The position numbers and the translations under genes are program-made. DNA of 40,000 bases from Colwellia sp. 12G3 (GTDB lineage: Bacteria; Pseudomonadota; Gammaproteobacteria; Enterobacterales; Alteromonadaceae): positions 21,350 through 61,349 of the forward strand of contig NZ_PJAQ01000043.1 of assembly GCF_002836775.1 (NCBI RefSeq), written 5' to 3'. The notes below the pieces were generated by a model. The model saw only the letters and a program-made list of their open reading frames with translations, searched no databases and had not been told where the DNA came from. Positions 16,094 to 23,738 of this stretch are shown in pieces. How positions within the stretch are numbered: position 1 is the stretch's first letter; every line of letters begins with the position of its first letter.

Positions 16094-16246
16094 CCTTGTT
16101 TCTACAAGATGGGATTAATCGTCCATAATTTTATAATGTTAGGAGGTTACTCGATTGTTACTGATAGATCAATCAGTTAAAAACATTGCTCAAACTGGTA
16201 GATGTGTGAAAGGAGGGGATTTGCGCGCTTTCTTGTAGAAAGAAGG
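16094..16246. repeat. 15-bp inverted repeat pair in the attI / intI-promoter region
   Basis: CCTTGTTTCTACAAG (16094-16108) versus CTTGTAGAAAGAAGG (16232-16246) gives 14/15 complementary positions. The right copy overlaps the putative PintI -35. Confidence 0.6.
16144..16172 (-). promoter_or_regulatory. Candidate cassette promoter (Pc)
   Basis: The minus strand reads TTGATC-17 nt-TAACCT, pointing into attI and the array. This rests on the sequence pattern only. Confidence 0.25.
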
Positions 16247-16260
16247 ATTTATGTTAAGCT
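16233..16260 (+). promoter_or_regulatory. Candidate intI promoter (PintI)
   Basis: TTGTAG-16 nt-TAAGCT with an extended -10 TGn. The LexA box overlaps the -10 and start region. Confidence 0.4.
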
Positions 16261-16274
16261 GTATGTATATACAG
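16259..16274 (+). promoter_or_regulatory. LexA (SOS) box
   Basis: CTGTATGTATATACAG is a perfect CTGT-N8-ACAG match with an AT-rich core. It lies 17 nt upstream of the intI ATG. Confidence 0.8.
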
Positions 16275-16290
16275 TTGGCAAGAGGTTTTT

Positions 16291-17256
16291 ATGTCTTCGC
16301 CATTTTTACAGTCTATTGCAGAACAAATGCGTTTAAAGCGTTATGCCAAAAGAACGATAGAAAGCTATGTTTATTGGATAAAGGCGTTTATAAATTTTAA
16401 TGGTCAGCGTCACCCAATAAAGTGTCATGATGCTGAAGTAGAAAATTTTTTGTCTCATTTAACTAACAAACTCAATGTTGCACCTAGAACCCAAGGTGTG
16501 GCATTAAATGCTTTAGTATTTTTGTATCGGGGGATCTTATTAAAACCTTTAACTCTCGAACTTAATTTTAATAAATCTAAACAACAAACTAAGTTACCTG
16601 TCGTGTTAACTCAAGCAGAGATCATCGCGTTATTAGCCAAAATATCAAATAACTATAGTTTGCCTTGTAAATTAATGTACGGAAGTGGGTTGCGTTTAAT
16701 GGAGGTTGTTCGCTTAAGGGTACAAGACATTGATTTTGACTTTCATGCTATTCAGGTATGGCAAGGTAAGGGTGGTAAAAACCGGCGTGTTACGTTAGCA
16801 AAAGAGTTATGTAATTCGTTAAAATCTCAAATAGCGTTAGCGCAGTATTATTATCAACAAGACCAATACAATCCAAACTATAAAGGCGTATGGCTACCTT
16901 ATGCTTTAGCGAGAAAGCATCCTAATGCGAGCAAAGATATGCTGTGGCATTATCTTTTCCCTTCGAGTCGGTTAAGTAGAGATCCTGAAACAGGTTTTGT
17001 TCGTCGACATCATATTGATGAAACAACATTAAGAAAATCAGTGAAAATGGCTGCACTGAATGCGGACATAGCAAAAAATGTGACTTGTCATACGTTACGA
17101 CATTCATTTGCCACACATTTATTACAACGAGGTGCCGATATTAGAACCGTGCAGGAGCAGTTGGGACATACTGATATTCGTACAACGCAAATATACACTC
17201 ATGTAATTGAACATGGCGCAAACGGTGTGCGAAGTCCTTTATCTGACTTACTTTAA
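16291..17256 (+). CDS. intI: Integron integrase IntI (tyrosine recombinase), apparently intact
   Basis: 321 aa. Motifs present: YAKRTIESY, LPVVLT, GSGLRLME, RLRVQDIDF, WQGKGGKNRRVTLAKEL, CHTLRHSFATHLL, GADIRTVQEQLGHTD and TTQIYTHV (catalytic Tyr). The IntI-specific extra domain is also present (WLPYALARKHPNA...WHYLFPS...RRHH; compare IntI1 LPDALERKYPRA, recalled). Confidence 0.95.
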   Translation: MSSPFLQSIAEQMRLKRYAKRTIESYVYWIKAFINFNGQRHPIKCHDAEVENFLSHLTNKLNVAPRTQGVALNALVFLYRGILLKPLTLELNFNKSKQQTKLPVVLTQAEIIALLAKISNNYSLPCKLMYGSGLRLMEVVRLRVQDIDFDFHAIQVWQGKGGKNRRVTLAKELCNSLKSQIALAQYYYQQDQYNPNYKGVWLPYALARKHPNASKDMLWHYLFPSSRLSRDPETGFVRRHHIDETTLRKSVKMAALNADIAKNVTCHTLRHSFATHLLQRGADIRTVQEQLGHTDIRTTQIYTHVIEHGANGVRSPLSDLL

Positions 17257-17272
17257 ATACCGTTATGTAGAA

Positions 17273-17313
17273 TAAAAAAATCCGCTCAGTCTATACTCAA
17301 GAAAGTGCGGATT
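17273..17313 (-). terminator. Terminator-like hairpin downstream of the DUF885 gene (convergent with intI)
   Basis: The minus strand reads ATCCGC-21 nt loop-GCGGAT followed by TTTTTTT. The long loop lowers confidence. Confidence 0.45.
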
Positions 17314-17372
17314 ATTATGCTATGAAAACATTTAATATAAAGTGCTTAACGCTTTTATTACTTAAGTATTAA

Positions 17373-17801
17373 CTAGGCTTTCTTAGTTGTTATGTAGTCA
17401 TTAACTAAATCGGCTAAAACGTTAAGTGGTACTGGACCATTTTTTAATACTACGTCATGAAACTCACGAATATCAAACTTATCGCCTAACTGAACTTTGG
17501 CATGTTCACGTAATTCAATGATTTTGTTCATACCAATTTTGTAAGCTGTCGCTTGTGACGGCATTACCACGTGACGCTCTACCATTTTTACTGCATCAGA
17601 CATGGCATTAGGCGTATTTGTAGCGTAGTACTCTATACCTTGCTTACTAGTCCATTGTTTAGAGTGAATACCTGTATCAACCACTAAACGACATGCACGC
17701 CATAATTCCATTGCTAAGCGACCAAAGTCAGAATAGGGGTCTTGGTATAAGCCAATCTCTTTAGGGATCATCTCTGAATAGAGTCCCCAACCCTCAGTCT
17801 G
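17373..17801 (-). pseudogene. DUF885-family protein, C-terminal fragment (gene split by an insertion)
   Basis: ..TEGWGLYSEMIPKEIGLYQDPYSDFGRLAMELWRACRLVVDTGIHSKQWT.. continues the sequence that ends at ..FGGYTAHTE in the 19316-20755 fragment. The first 19 codons of the 161-aa track ORF come from the inserted DNA. Confidence 0.8.
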
Positions 17802-17970
17802 GGTCTGTATATACATACGCATAATTGATGAGGTTTTTGTAAGTGGTTCTAAGATCACTTTGTGCGCTTAGCGGAAGTTAACCATGACATTCACATTACT
17901 TCCGCTTCTTTAGCTATGAGTTGACCTTAATGGCGTCGTTGAAAAGTCTAGGTAATACTACACTGCGGAC

Positions 17971-18720
17971 TTAGAATCTTAGCCAAAAAGAAGAGATAGC
18001 TAATATAGCGAACATATATGGAACTCTGAATTCAATAAAATTTTTAAAATGGAGTACCTTGAGGTTCTTAAAATGTCTTAAAAAGTATTTCATATCAGCG
18101 CTCGTAAGTTCGTATGGAACTGTATAAAATAATGCTGACTCAGTAGCTTCATCATCCTTAAACTCTAGACCGTCCTGTCCGTTCAGTAGATTAAATATCA
18201 ATTCATTTTGATAACTTTTAGCCCCAAAAATTCTAAACTTGTGAGCAATTTTATCGCCGTCATATTCTTGAAATTGGATTCGATTAATATCAATATGATT
18301 GTTTCTTAGATATAACTTAACCTTCTCTTCAGTCCAGTAACGAATTAGTGATTCTTCATATTTTTTTTGGTTTCCTATATCAGTCATACGTAAATAATAG
18401 TCTCCATGATTTGACCAGAACAATATTAAATAAACTACTAGGCTATAAACCAGTGCAATAAATAGCGCATAACCTATAATAGCAGGATTTGATATTGTCC
18501 CACTAACAATGCCTATCCCGGAACCTGTAATTTTTATTCCCGCTAGATTATAAATAAGTGAAAATATGGATAACATAATTAAGGGCTTGCGACGCCTTTC
18601 ACCTTCTGTGTCTCCAAATTGACTAGGATTTTTAAAAAAACTACAAGCGGCTCGCTCATTATCACTAATATCTAGCAACTCCGGATTTATAATTCCTAAC
18701 ACTTCCTGACCGATACTCAT
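17971..18720 (-). CDS. Hypothetical membrane protein (249 aa) carried by the insertion
   Basis: Long ORF in AT-rich DNA. Two central-N-terminal TM helices (LIMLSIFSLIYNLAGIKI; AIIGYALFIALVYSLVVYLILFW), a soluble region of about 130 aa, and a C-terminal hydrophobic helix. No clear SD and no family recognised. Confidence 0.5.
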   Translation of the reverse strand: MSIGQEVLGIINPELLDISDNERAACSFFKNPSQFGDTEGERRRKPLIMLSIFSLIYNLAGIKITGSGIGIVSGTISNPAIIGYALFIALVYSLVVYLILFWSNHGDYYLRMTDIGNQKKYEESLIRYWTEEKVKLYLRNNHIDINRIQFQEYDGDKIAHKFRIFGAKSYQNELIFNLLNGQDGLEFKDDEATESALFYTVPYELTSADMKYFLRHFKNLKVLHFKNFIEFRVPYMFAILAISSFWLRF

Positions 18721-18960
18721 ACTATTTACTATGCCTATTACAAACTTATTGTATTGATTATAATACGTTATCTATTTTCGATTAAACATCTGAATTTTAA
18801 TCTTTCAAATACAGATAAAGAGGTAATAATTTGAATTCAATGTCTAATTTTCGCACTGGCAAGACATAAGGACTAATTATCAAAATGACTATATTCGTAT
18901 CAAAGTGATCGTTAGATGGGATGAATTTCACTCGTAAATTTAGACCGCTTTGTGGCCAGC

Positions 18961-19110
18961 CTGTGTGAAAACTATTTTTAACTTTCGTAATAGAATAATA
19001 TCAACGAAAAAAGGCGCTGTAGATTAAATTCTGTAGTACGTTTGATAACAAACCACCTGTTAATTTACGTAGCGTCGCATAAAAAAATTACGCAGGGAGT
19101 TTTCACACAT
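18961..19110. repeat. 13-bp inverted repeats bounding a 124-bp hairpin-rich AT-rich segment
   Basis: CTGTGTGAAAACT (18961-18973) versus AGTTTTCACACAT (19098-19110) gives 12/13 complementary positions. Internal stems include CCTGCGTAATTT/AAATTAACAGG, GTTTG/CAAAC and TTTCGT/ACGAAA. Confidence 0.6.
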
Positions 19111-19315
19111 AGATGGCATGAGTGATCTAATTTTCTGATCGTTATTCTCGAGCATTATGTGTAGTCAAAAGTATGTAAATTAATGTTCAGCCTTTTACGT
19201 GTACGACAAAGACAAAAACTGGGTAACGGTTTAATTGGTTGTTGGAGAGGGGGATCTTTAGTGACCTACGCGTAAGGCGAAGTCTCTGGTAAGTATTGTG
19301 TATATATTTCGAGGC

Positions 19316-20755
19316 TTAGACTTCAGTATGAGCGGTATATCCACCAAATTTACGGAACTTTGGGATGCCCGTTAATTCTTGTTGGATTGCCAATTGCATG
19401 TGATGACCAGGAATACCTTCATGGTAGGCTAATGCTGCCATTTGATAAGAAGGCATAGCTGCCATGTCATAGAGGTTGGCGTAGTAAATTCCCGGACGAG
19501 AGCCATCTGGAGCCGGGCTTTCATAAAACGCTTTTCCGGCTGATTTTTCTCTGAAACCTTCAACAGCTTTAACTTTTAATGTCGCTTTTGGCTTGGTTAA
19601 AAATAAGCTGTCTAAGCGGCCTTCCATATCATCGATAAGTGCTACGGCTTCATCTAAATAACGCTGTTTCCCTTCATCGCTAGCTGGGTAATAAAACTGT
19701 TTGTCGTTACGCATAAAATCAAAAAAGTCATTAAGATTTCCTTCAAAACCAACGGCTTTCTGGATGACAAGCATTTCATTATGGATACGTGACACTTCAC
19801 TTAAGCCAAGAGTATGAATTTGATCTGCGGTTAAATTAGTTGTGGTGGTGCGTTTTAAAGCATTATTGTAAAAGGCTTCACCGTCAGGAAACTTCCATGC
19901 ACCATCGCGGGTGTCTGCTTTTGTCTCAAGTGTTGTTAAATAAGTAATTAATTGTTCGTAACCTGGTTTCAAACTGTCGATTAGTGCTGTTTTTATATCA
20001 ATAATTAAGACCGATTTTTCTTCATCGGTAATGTTAAGTTTATCAACCTTGTGGGTGAAATCGCCAAAAATAGTACTGTTAGATGAATTATCAAAGGGGG
20101 CGCCGACCAGAATGTTTTTTGAGTCTCTAATAACGTGAGGAAAGACAAACTTAGGTGCAATAATACCTTTCATTTCACGCAGTTTAAGTTGCTCAACAAG
20201 CTGCTCTAGTAATTTTTTAGCACCGTGAACACGGGCAATATAATCTTGTGCTTCTTTTATATCACTAATAGAGTGCTGATTAATCAAAAAGGCGGGTATT
20301 TGTGAATGTGTACCAAACATTTGATTAACAGGGTAATTATGAAAACGCCATTTATAATCTTCGATACGGTTTTCGAATGTTTGCATGTATAAACTGTGGC
20401 TAATTTGAGTTTGTTCATCAAGCGTATTAACATCAATAGCTTGTATTAAAGCTAAATTATTTTTAGCGAAAGCGAGTTCTTTTTCTTCATTTTCTTGTGA
20501 AAGATCATTCCACTTGTCGTAATCTTTTTTTATGCCTAAATAGGTTTGCCATGAAGGGTCACGATCAACTTCTTGGTTAAAAATGTTATCAAACAACGCA
20601 TTGGCTTGCTCTGAAGCTGTCTTTACGCTAACCGCTGTTTCATCAGCTGTGGCTGCTATGTGTTGGTTATTTTGTGGTGCTGCTTTATCTTCTGAACAAG
20701 CGCTTAGTAAAGCCGCGGCAACAGCAACGACTAATAGGGACTTTTTAAATGACAT
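19316..20755 (-). pseudogene. DUF885-family lipoprotein, N-terminal fragment (truncated by the insertion)
   Basis: Lipobox LSAC|SE. The DUF885 signature HEGIPGHHMQ is present. It ends ..KFGGYTAHTEV* with the last codon and the stop supplied by the insertion. Confidence 0.8.
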
Positions 20756-20925
20756 ATATTTCTCATCTGATTCACATTATCCCTAGTTTGCCTTAATGTA
20801 TGTAGCTAATTCAATGAATGCTCGACAGATTGTTCTAAAATTACGACCAACAGGTTTTGTGAATCGGTAAAAAGAAGTAAACTGAGTTATATCATTAGAT
20901 CCAAGCGACCATGGAAACCCAGTAA

Positions 20926-21393
20926 ATGAAATTTACCGTTGGCTTTCGAAAAGTTAAGAATGAAGACATCGATTTTTTGTTAGAGTTGCGGAGAAAAACC
21001 ATGACTCAGCATTTGCTCGCGGCAGGTATTCGTATGACCGATGAGCAGCACTTAGTTCGAATTAAAGAACATTTTTATGAGAGCCATATAATTTTAGCGG
21101 ACCGTAAACCTATCGGCTTAGTGAAAATGGGGGTTGTTGCGCTTAATAATACGCATAAAAGCTTACATATTCGGCAGATACAAATTATGCCAAAATATCA
21201 AGGAAAAGGTATCGGTAGTAAGGTTATTAAGGTAGTAAAAAAGCGTGCTTTACAGTTATGCTTACCGATCACCCTAAATGTTTTATTGAAAAACCCCGCT
21301 AGAGGATTGTATTTGCGTCACGGATTTCAAGTGGAGAAGAAAAATCGTTTGGAATATCAATTACGTTGTCCATTAGAGGTGATTGCCGCTTAG
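20926..21393 (+). CDS. GNAT family N-acetyltransferase
   Basis: Has Q.QIMPKYQGKGIGSKVI and NPARGLYLRHGF blocks. Confidence 0.8.
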   Translation: MKFTVGFRKVKNEDIDFLLELRRKTMTQHLLAAGIRMTDEQHLVRIKEHFYESHIILADRKPIGLVKMGVVALNNTHKSLHIRQIQIMPKYQGKGIGSKVIKVVKKRALQLCLPITLNVLLKNPARGLYLRHGFQVEKKNRLEYQLRCPLEVIAA

Positions 21394-21485
21394 CTGATTA
21401 ATTTTAGCTTGTCAGCGACAATCATTATTTTCGTATTTAGTCATGCTTAACTAAATGAACTGAGTAACATCTCTAATAAATAAGC

Positions 21486-22955
21486 CTAGTAGATAAGGCC
21501 GTTACGTTTTACTTTGTTCGGGTCAATACGTGATGGCGTAATAGAACCATCAACCAATGGTGTGGTTGCTATTGCTAGCATTTTTATCACTTGTAACATT
21601 GAAGGTAAGTTCAAGCTATTAATGTCATCGGTCACTTGATGGTAATGTTGGTCTTTATCGAGTTGCGTACTACTAAAGCTATGAGCCGGTACACCTAATC
21701 TTGCTAACGTTGCATTATCTGAACGATAGAATAAGTTTTGTTTAGGGTAGGGGTCAGCATAAACTTTTAGGTTCTGTGGTGCTAATGCTTGGTTTAGTTG
21801 CTCACCTAGATTTGAACGATCCATACCCGTCATCCAAACAGTACCATCACCAAACATGGCGGGTTTACCGATCATCTCAATGTTAATCATGGCTGTTATG
21901 CTTGTTGGCTCTACATGAGTAGAAAAATGACGAGAGCCAAAACCACCAATCTCTTCGGCACTAAAAGCGGCAAACATTAATGTTCTTTCATTATTGCCCA
22001 TTTGAGCAAAGTGATTGGCTAAATTGATAATGGCTGAAACACCAGAAGCATCATCATCAGCACCATTATAAATTTCAGTTGGTGTTTGTGATTGACTATT
22101 AGACGTATCATCAATACTCGGTTTAATGCCTAAATGATCATAATGAGCTGAGTAAAGTACAACCTCGTTAGCTCTGCTTTTACCAGGTAAAATACCCACT
22201 ACATTACTTAAGGTTGTGTCTGTAACCGTGGCGTTGCCTTTGACGCTAAATGTTTTTGCTTTGCTAATGTCAGTTAACGCCATAACAATAACGCCACCTT
22301 GCTCTGTAGCATTTTTGGTAACGAGTTTAGTTAAGCCTTGAGCAAAGTAACTTTGATAGCGCTTAAAGCTTTCTTCATGTTTTGGGTGAAGTAATACTAA
22401 ATGTTGACCACCTTGGTTATTTAACTCACGCAGCGATTTACGCATGTTGTCGTCTTCACCAATCATAACCATATTTACAGGCTGATTATTTTCCTGAGCA
22501 TTACTATGCCATGAAAACTCAGTTTTTGTTGTTGCCATGGATAACAATTCACTTGAAATTGCTTGGCCATTTATTTCAACAGTAAGGGTATTAGGGGTAA
22601 TTCGTTGTACTGAATATTGCTGTTTAAAGTTGGGGGCACTCTTTGCTGTCGTAAGACCTACTTCATTAAAACGCTTAGCGATAAAGTCAGCAGCATGGCG
22701 GATATCAAGGGTAAAGTTATCACGGCCTTTAAGTTCATCACTGGCTAAGTAGCTAACATCTTCAGTAATTTGCTCTAAAGTAATGGTGTTATCAATAGTA
22801 GTAGCGGTACTTTTTTTATCATCTACAGTAGCGTTAGACGTTTCACTGTCGAGGCCTAAGTCAATATTGCTACAACTTGATAAAGATAAGCAGGCTAGCG
22901 CTAGTAGCGTAAGTGAAGTTGCCAACGCTACTGATTTTAATCGTTTTTTAGTCAT
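21486..22955 (-). CDS. M28 family peptidase lipoprotein
   Basis: Lipobox LSSC|SN. M28 blocks are present: SAHYDHLG, GADDDASGVSAIINLA, FSAEEIGGFGS. Confidence 0.85.
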   Translation of the reverse strand: MTKKRLKSVALATSLTLLALACLSLSSCSNIDLGLDSETSNATVDDKKSTATTIDNTITLEQITEDVSYLASDELKGRDNFTLDIRHAADFIAKRFNEVGLTTAKSAPNFKQQYSVQRITPNTLTVEINGQAISSELLSMATTKTEFSWHSNAQENNQPVNMVMIGEDDNMRKSLRELNNQGGQHLVLLHPKHEESFKRYQSYFAQGLTKLVTKNATEQGGVIVMALTDISKAKTFSVKGNATVTDTTLSNVVGILPGKSRANEVVLYSAHYDHLGIKPSIDDTSNSQSQTPTEIYNGADDDASGVSAIINLANHFAQMGNNERTLMFAAFSAEEIGGFGSRHFSTHVEPTSITAMINIEMIGKPAMFGDGTVWMTGMDRSNLGEQLNQALAPQNLKVYADPYPKQNLFYRSDNATLARLGVPAHSFSSTQLDKDQHYHQVTDDINSLNLPSMLQVIKMLAIATTPLVDGSITPSRIDPNKVKRNGLIY

Positions 22956-22981
22956 TTTATTTGTCCTGAAGGGAAGGCCTT

Positions 22982-23515
22982 TTACTTGAGTTTTGTTGTT
23001 TCAATTAATAATGTTTCTTCACCTGAAGTTAACCATAATTGACCATCTTGAATGCTGCACTGAAATTCCATATTACGGCTAAGTAGTTTAACCAATGCTT
23101 CACAGGTACTTGTGTCGAATTGTTCTATGCTTAGTCGCTCAAGTTTTTTCAGATTTTGTTCCGCTTGAGACCACCAAGTATTTACGCTACTACCGTAACA
23201 ATAAAGCTTTACTGCTTTTGCTTGGTTACAGGCTTTTTTGAGACGTTTTTCATCTAACTGACCCAGTTCAATCCACAGGTTTATTTCATCGCTGTAATTA
23301 ATTTGCCAAATAACCGCTTCACTTTCATCACTAACGCCTTTTCCAAACTGTAAATCTTCGTGGGCATTAAGGATGTAGGCAATGATACGTATCATCAATC
23401 GTTGCGGTGTTTCTGAAGGGTGTTGAGCAATGGTAAGTTGCAAGCTGTCGTAATAATTACGATCCATATCGGCAAGTTCGATATTGGCTTTGTATATAGT
23501 TGCTTTAAGGGCCAT
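22982..23515 (-). CDS. yaeQ: YaeQ family protein
   Basis: MALKATIYKA...DR..Y....LT.A.HPSET..R...R..A is nearly colinear with E. coli YaeQ (recalled). Confidence 0.85.
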   Translation of the reverse strand: MALKATIYKANIELADMDRNYYDSLQLTIAQHPSETPQRLMIRIIAYILNAHEDLQFGKGVSDESEAVIWQINYSDEINLWIELGQLDEKRLKKACNQAKAVKLYCYGSSVNTWWSQAEQNLKKLERLSIEQFDTSTCEALVKLLSRNMEFQCSIQDGQLWLTSGEETLLIETTKLK

Positions 23516-23738
23516 GTGGTCTTAGGAGGTGATAAATAGTGGCGGTATCATAACAGTATGTTGCTAACTTGCAAAAGCCTGTAAAGATAAAGTAATCGGG
23601 TTGTATCAAGCCGATTGTAAACAGGTGGTATTGATCAAGTGAATAACTAGGATAATGGTAATTAATTCTACTTATGGTGAGATTTAAAGCATGATAAAGT
23701 TTCGGATTATTTTATCCCTACTTTTGTAAGAGGCTCAC

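Larger units (their letters stand above)
5641..17256 (-). mobile_element. Sedentary chromosomal integron: intI (+), attI, and about 19 minus-strand gene cassettes with 18 recognisable attC sites
   Basis: Integron integrase gene with a divergent attI. An imperfect-palindrome repeat recurs after every minus-strand ORF. On the + strand the repeat reads [A/C]TAACGCC..ATAAGnGG..GTTGGCTAAAAT..GAAGCGAAAC..GCCAACTGT..TTTGTCC..TTTAA..CTTGTTA. ORF stop codons abut or overlap the R'' core. The distal boundary is uncertain. Confidence 0.9.
17802..19320 (-). mobile_element. 1.5-kb AT-rich insertion in the DUF885 gene, flanked by an imperfect 10-bp direct repeat; no recombinase gene
   Basis: Flanks are cctcagtctg (17792-17801) and cttcagtatg (19321-19330), matching 8/10. 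Removing 17802-19330 restores ..GGYTA(Q/H)TEGWGLY.. in frame. The only terminal similarity is a weak shared TATATACA motif. Confidence 0.65.

Noticed and set aside
16132-16137. TATAAT hexamer on the + strand upstream of the AGGAGG mini-ORF in attI, considered as its promoter
   Set aside because: A transcript from this -10 would start inside or after the Shine-Dalgarno sequence, so it cannot serve the mini-ORF. There is also no matching -35.
17803-17818. A second LexA-like sequence, CTGTATATACATAC, at the left end of the DUF885 insertion
   Set aside because: The right half-site is ACGC/ACAT rather than ACAG, so it does not satisfy CTGT-N8-ACAG. The similarity is probably just the AT-rich TATATACA motif.
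18961-19110. Retron msr/msd interpretation of the inverted-repeat-bounded structured segment
   Set aside because: There is no reverse-transcriptase ORF in the insertion or anywhere in the window, and the only adjacent gene is a membrane protein. It is kept only as an architectural analogy.
19220-19320. The right end of the DUF885 insertion resembles an attC in + orientation (GGGTAAC...CGAGGC-TTAGAC, compare the attC-6 end CGAGGCGTTATGT). This would suggest IntI-mediated insertion of a cassette at a secondary site.
   Set aside because: The G of the G|TT core is missing. The putative L''/L' arms do not pair. The junctions show a 10-bp duplication, which IntI recombination does not generate. 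It is worth a covariance-model check but is not supported by eye.
17802-19320. Insertion sequence or transposon
   Set aside because: No transposase-like ORF is present on either strand and there are no convincing terminal inverted repeats. It is therefore described only as a non-autonomous insertion.
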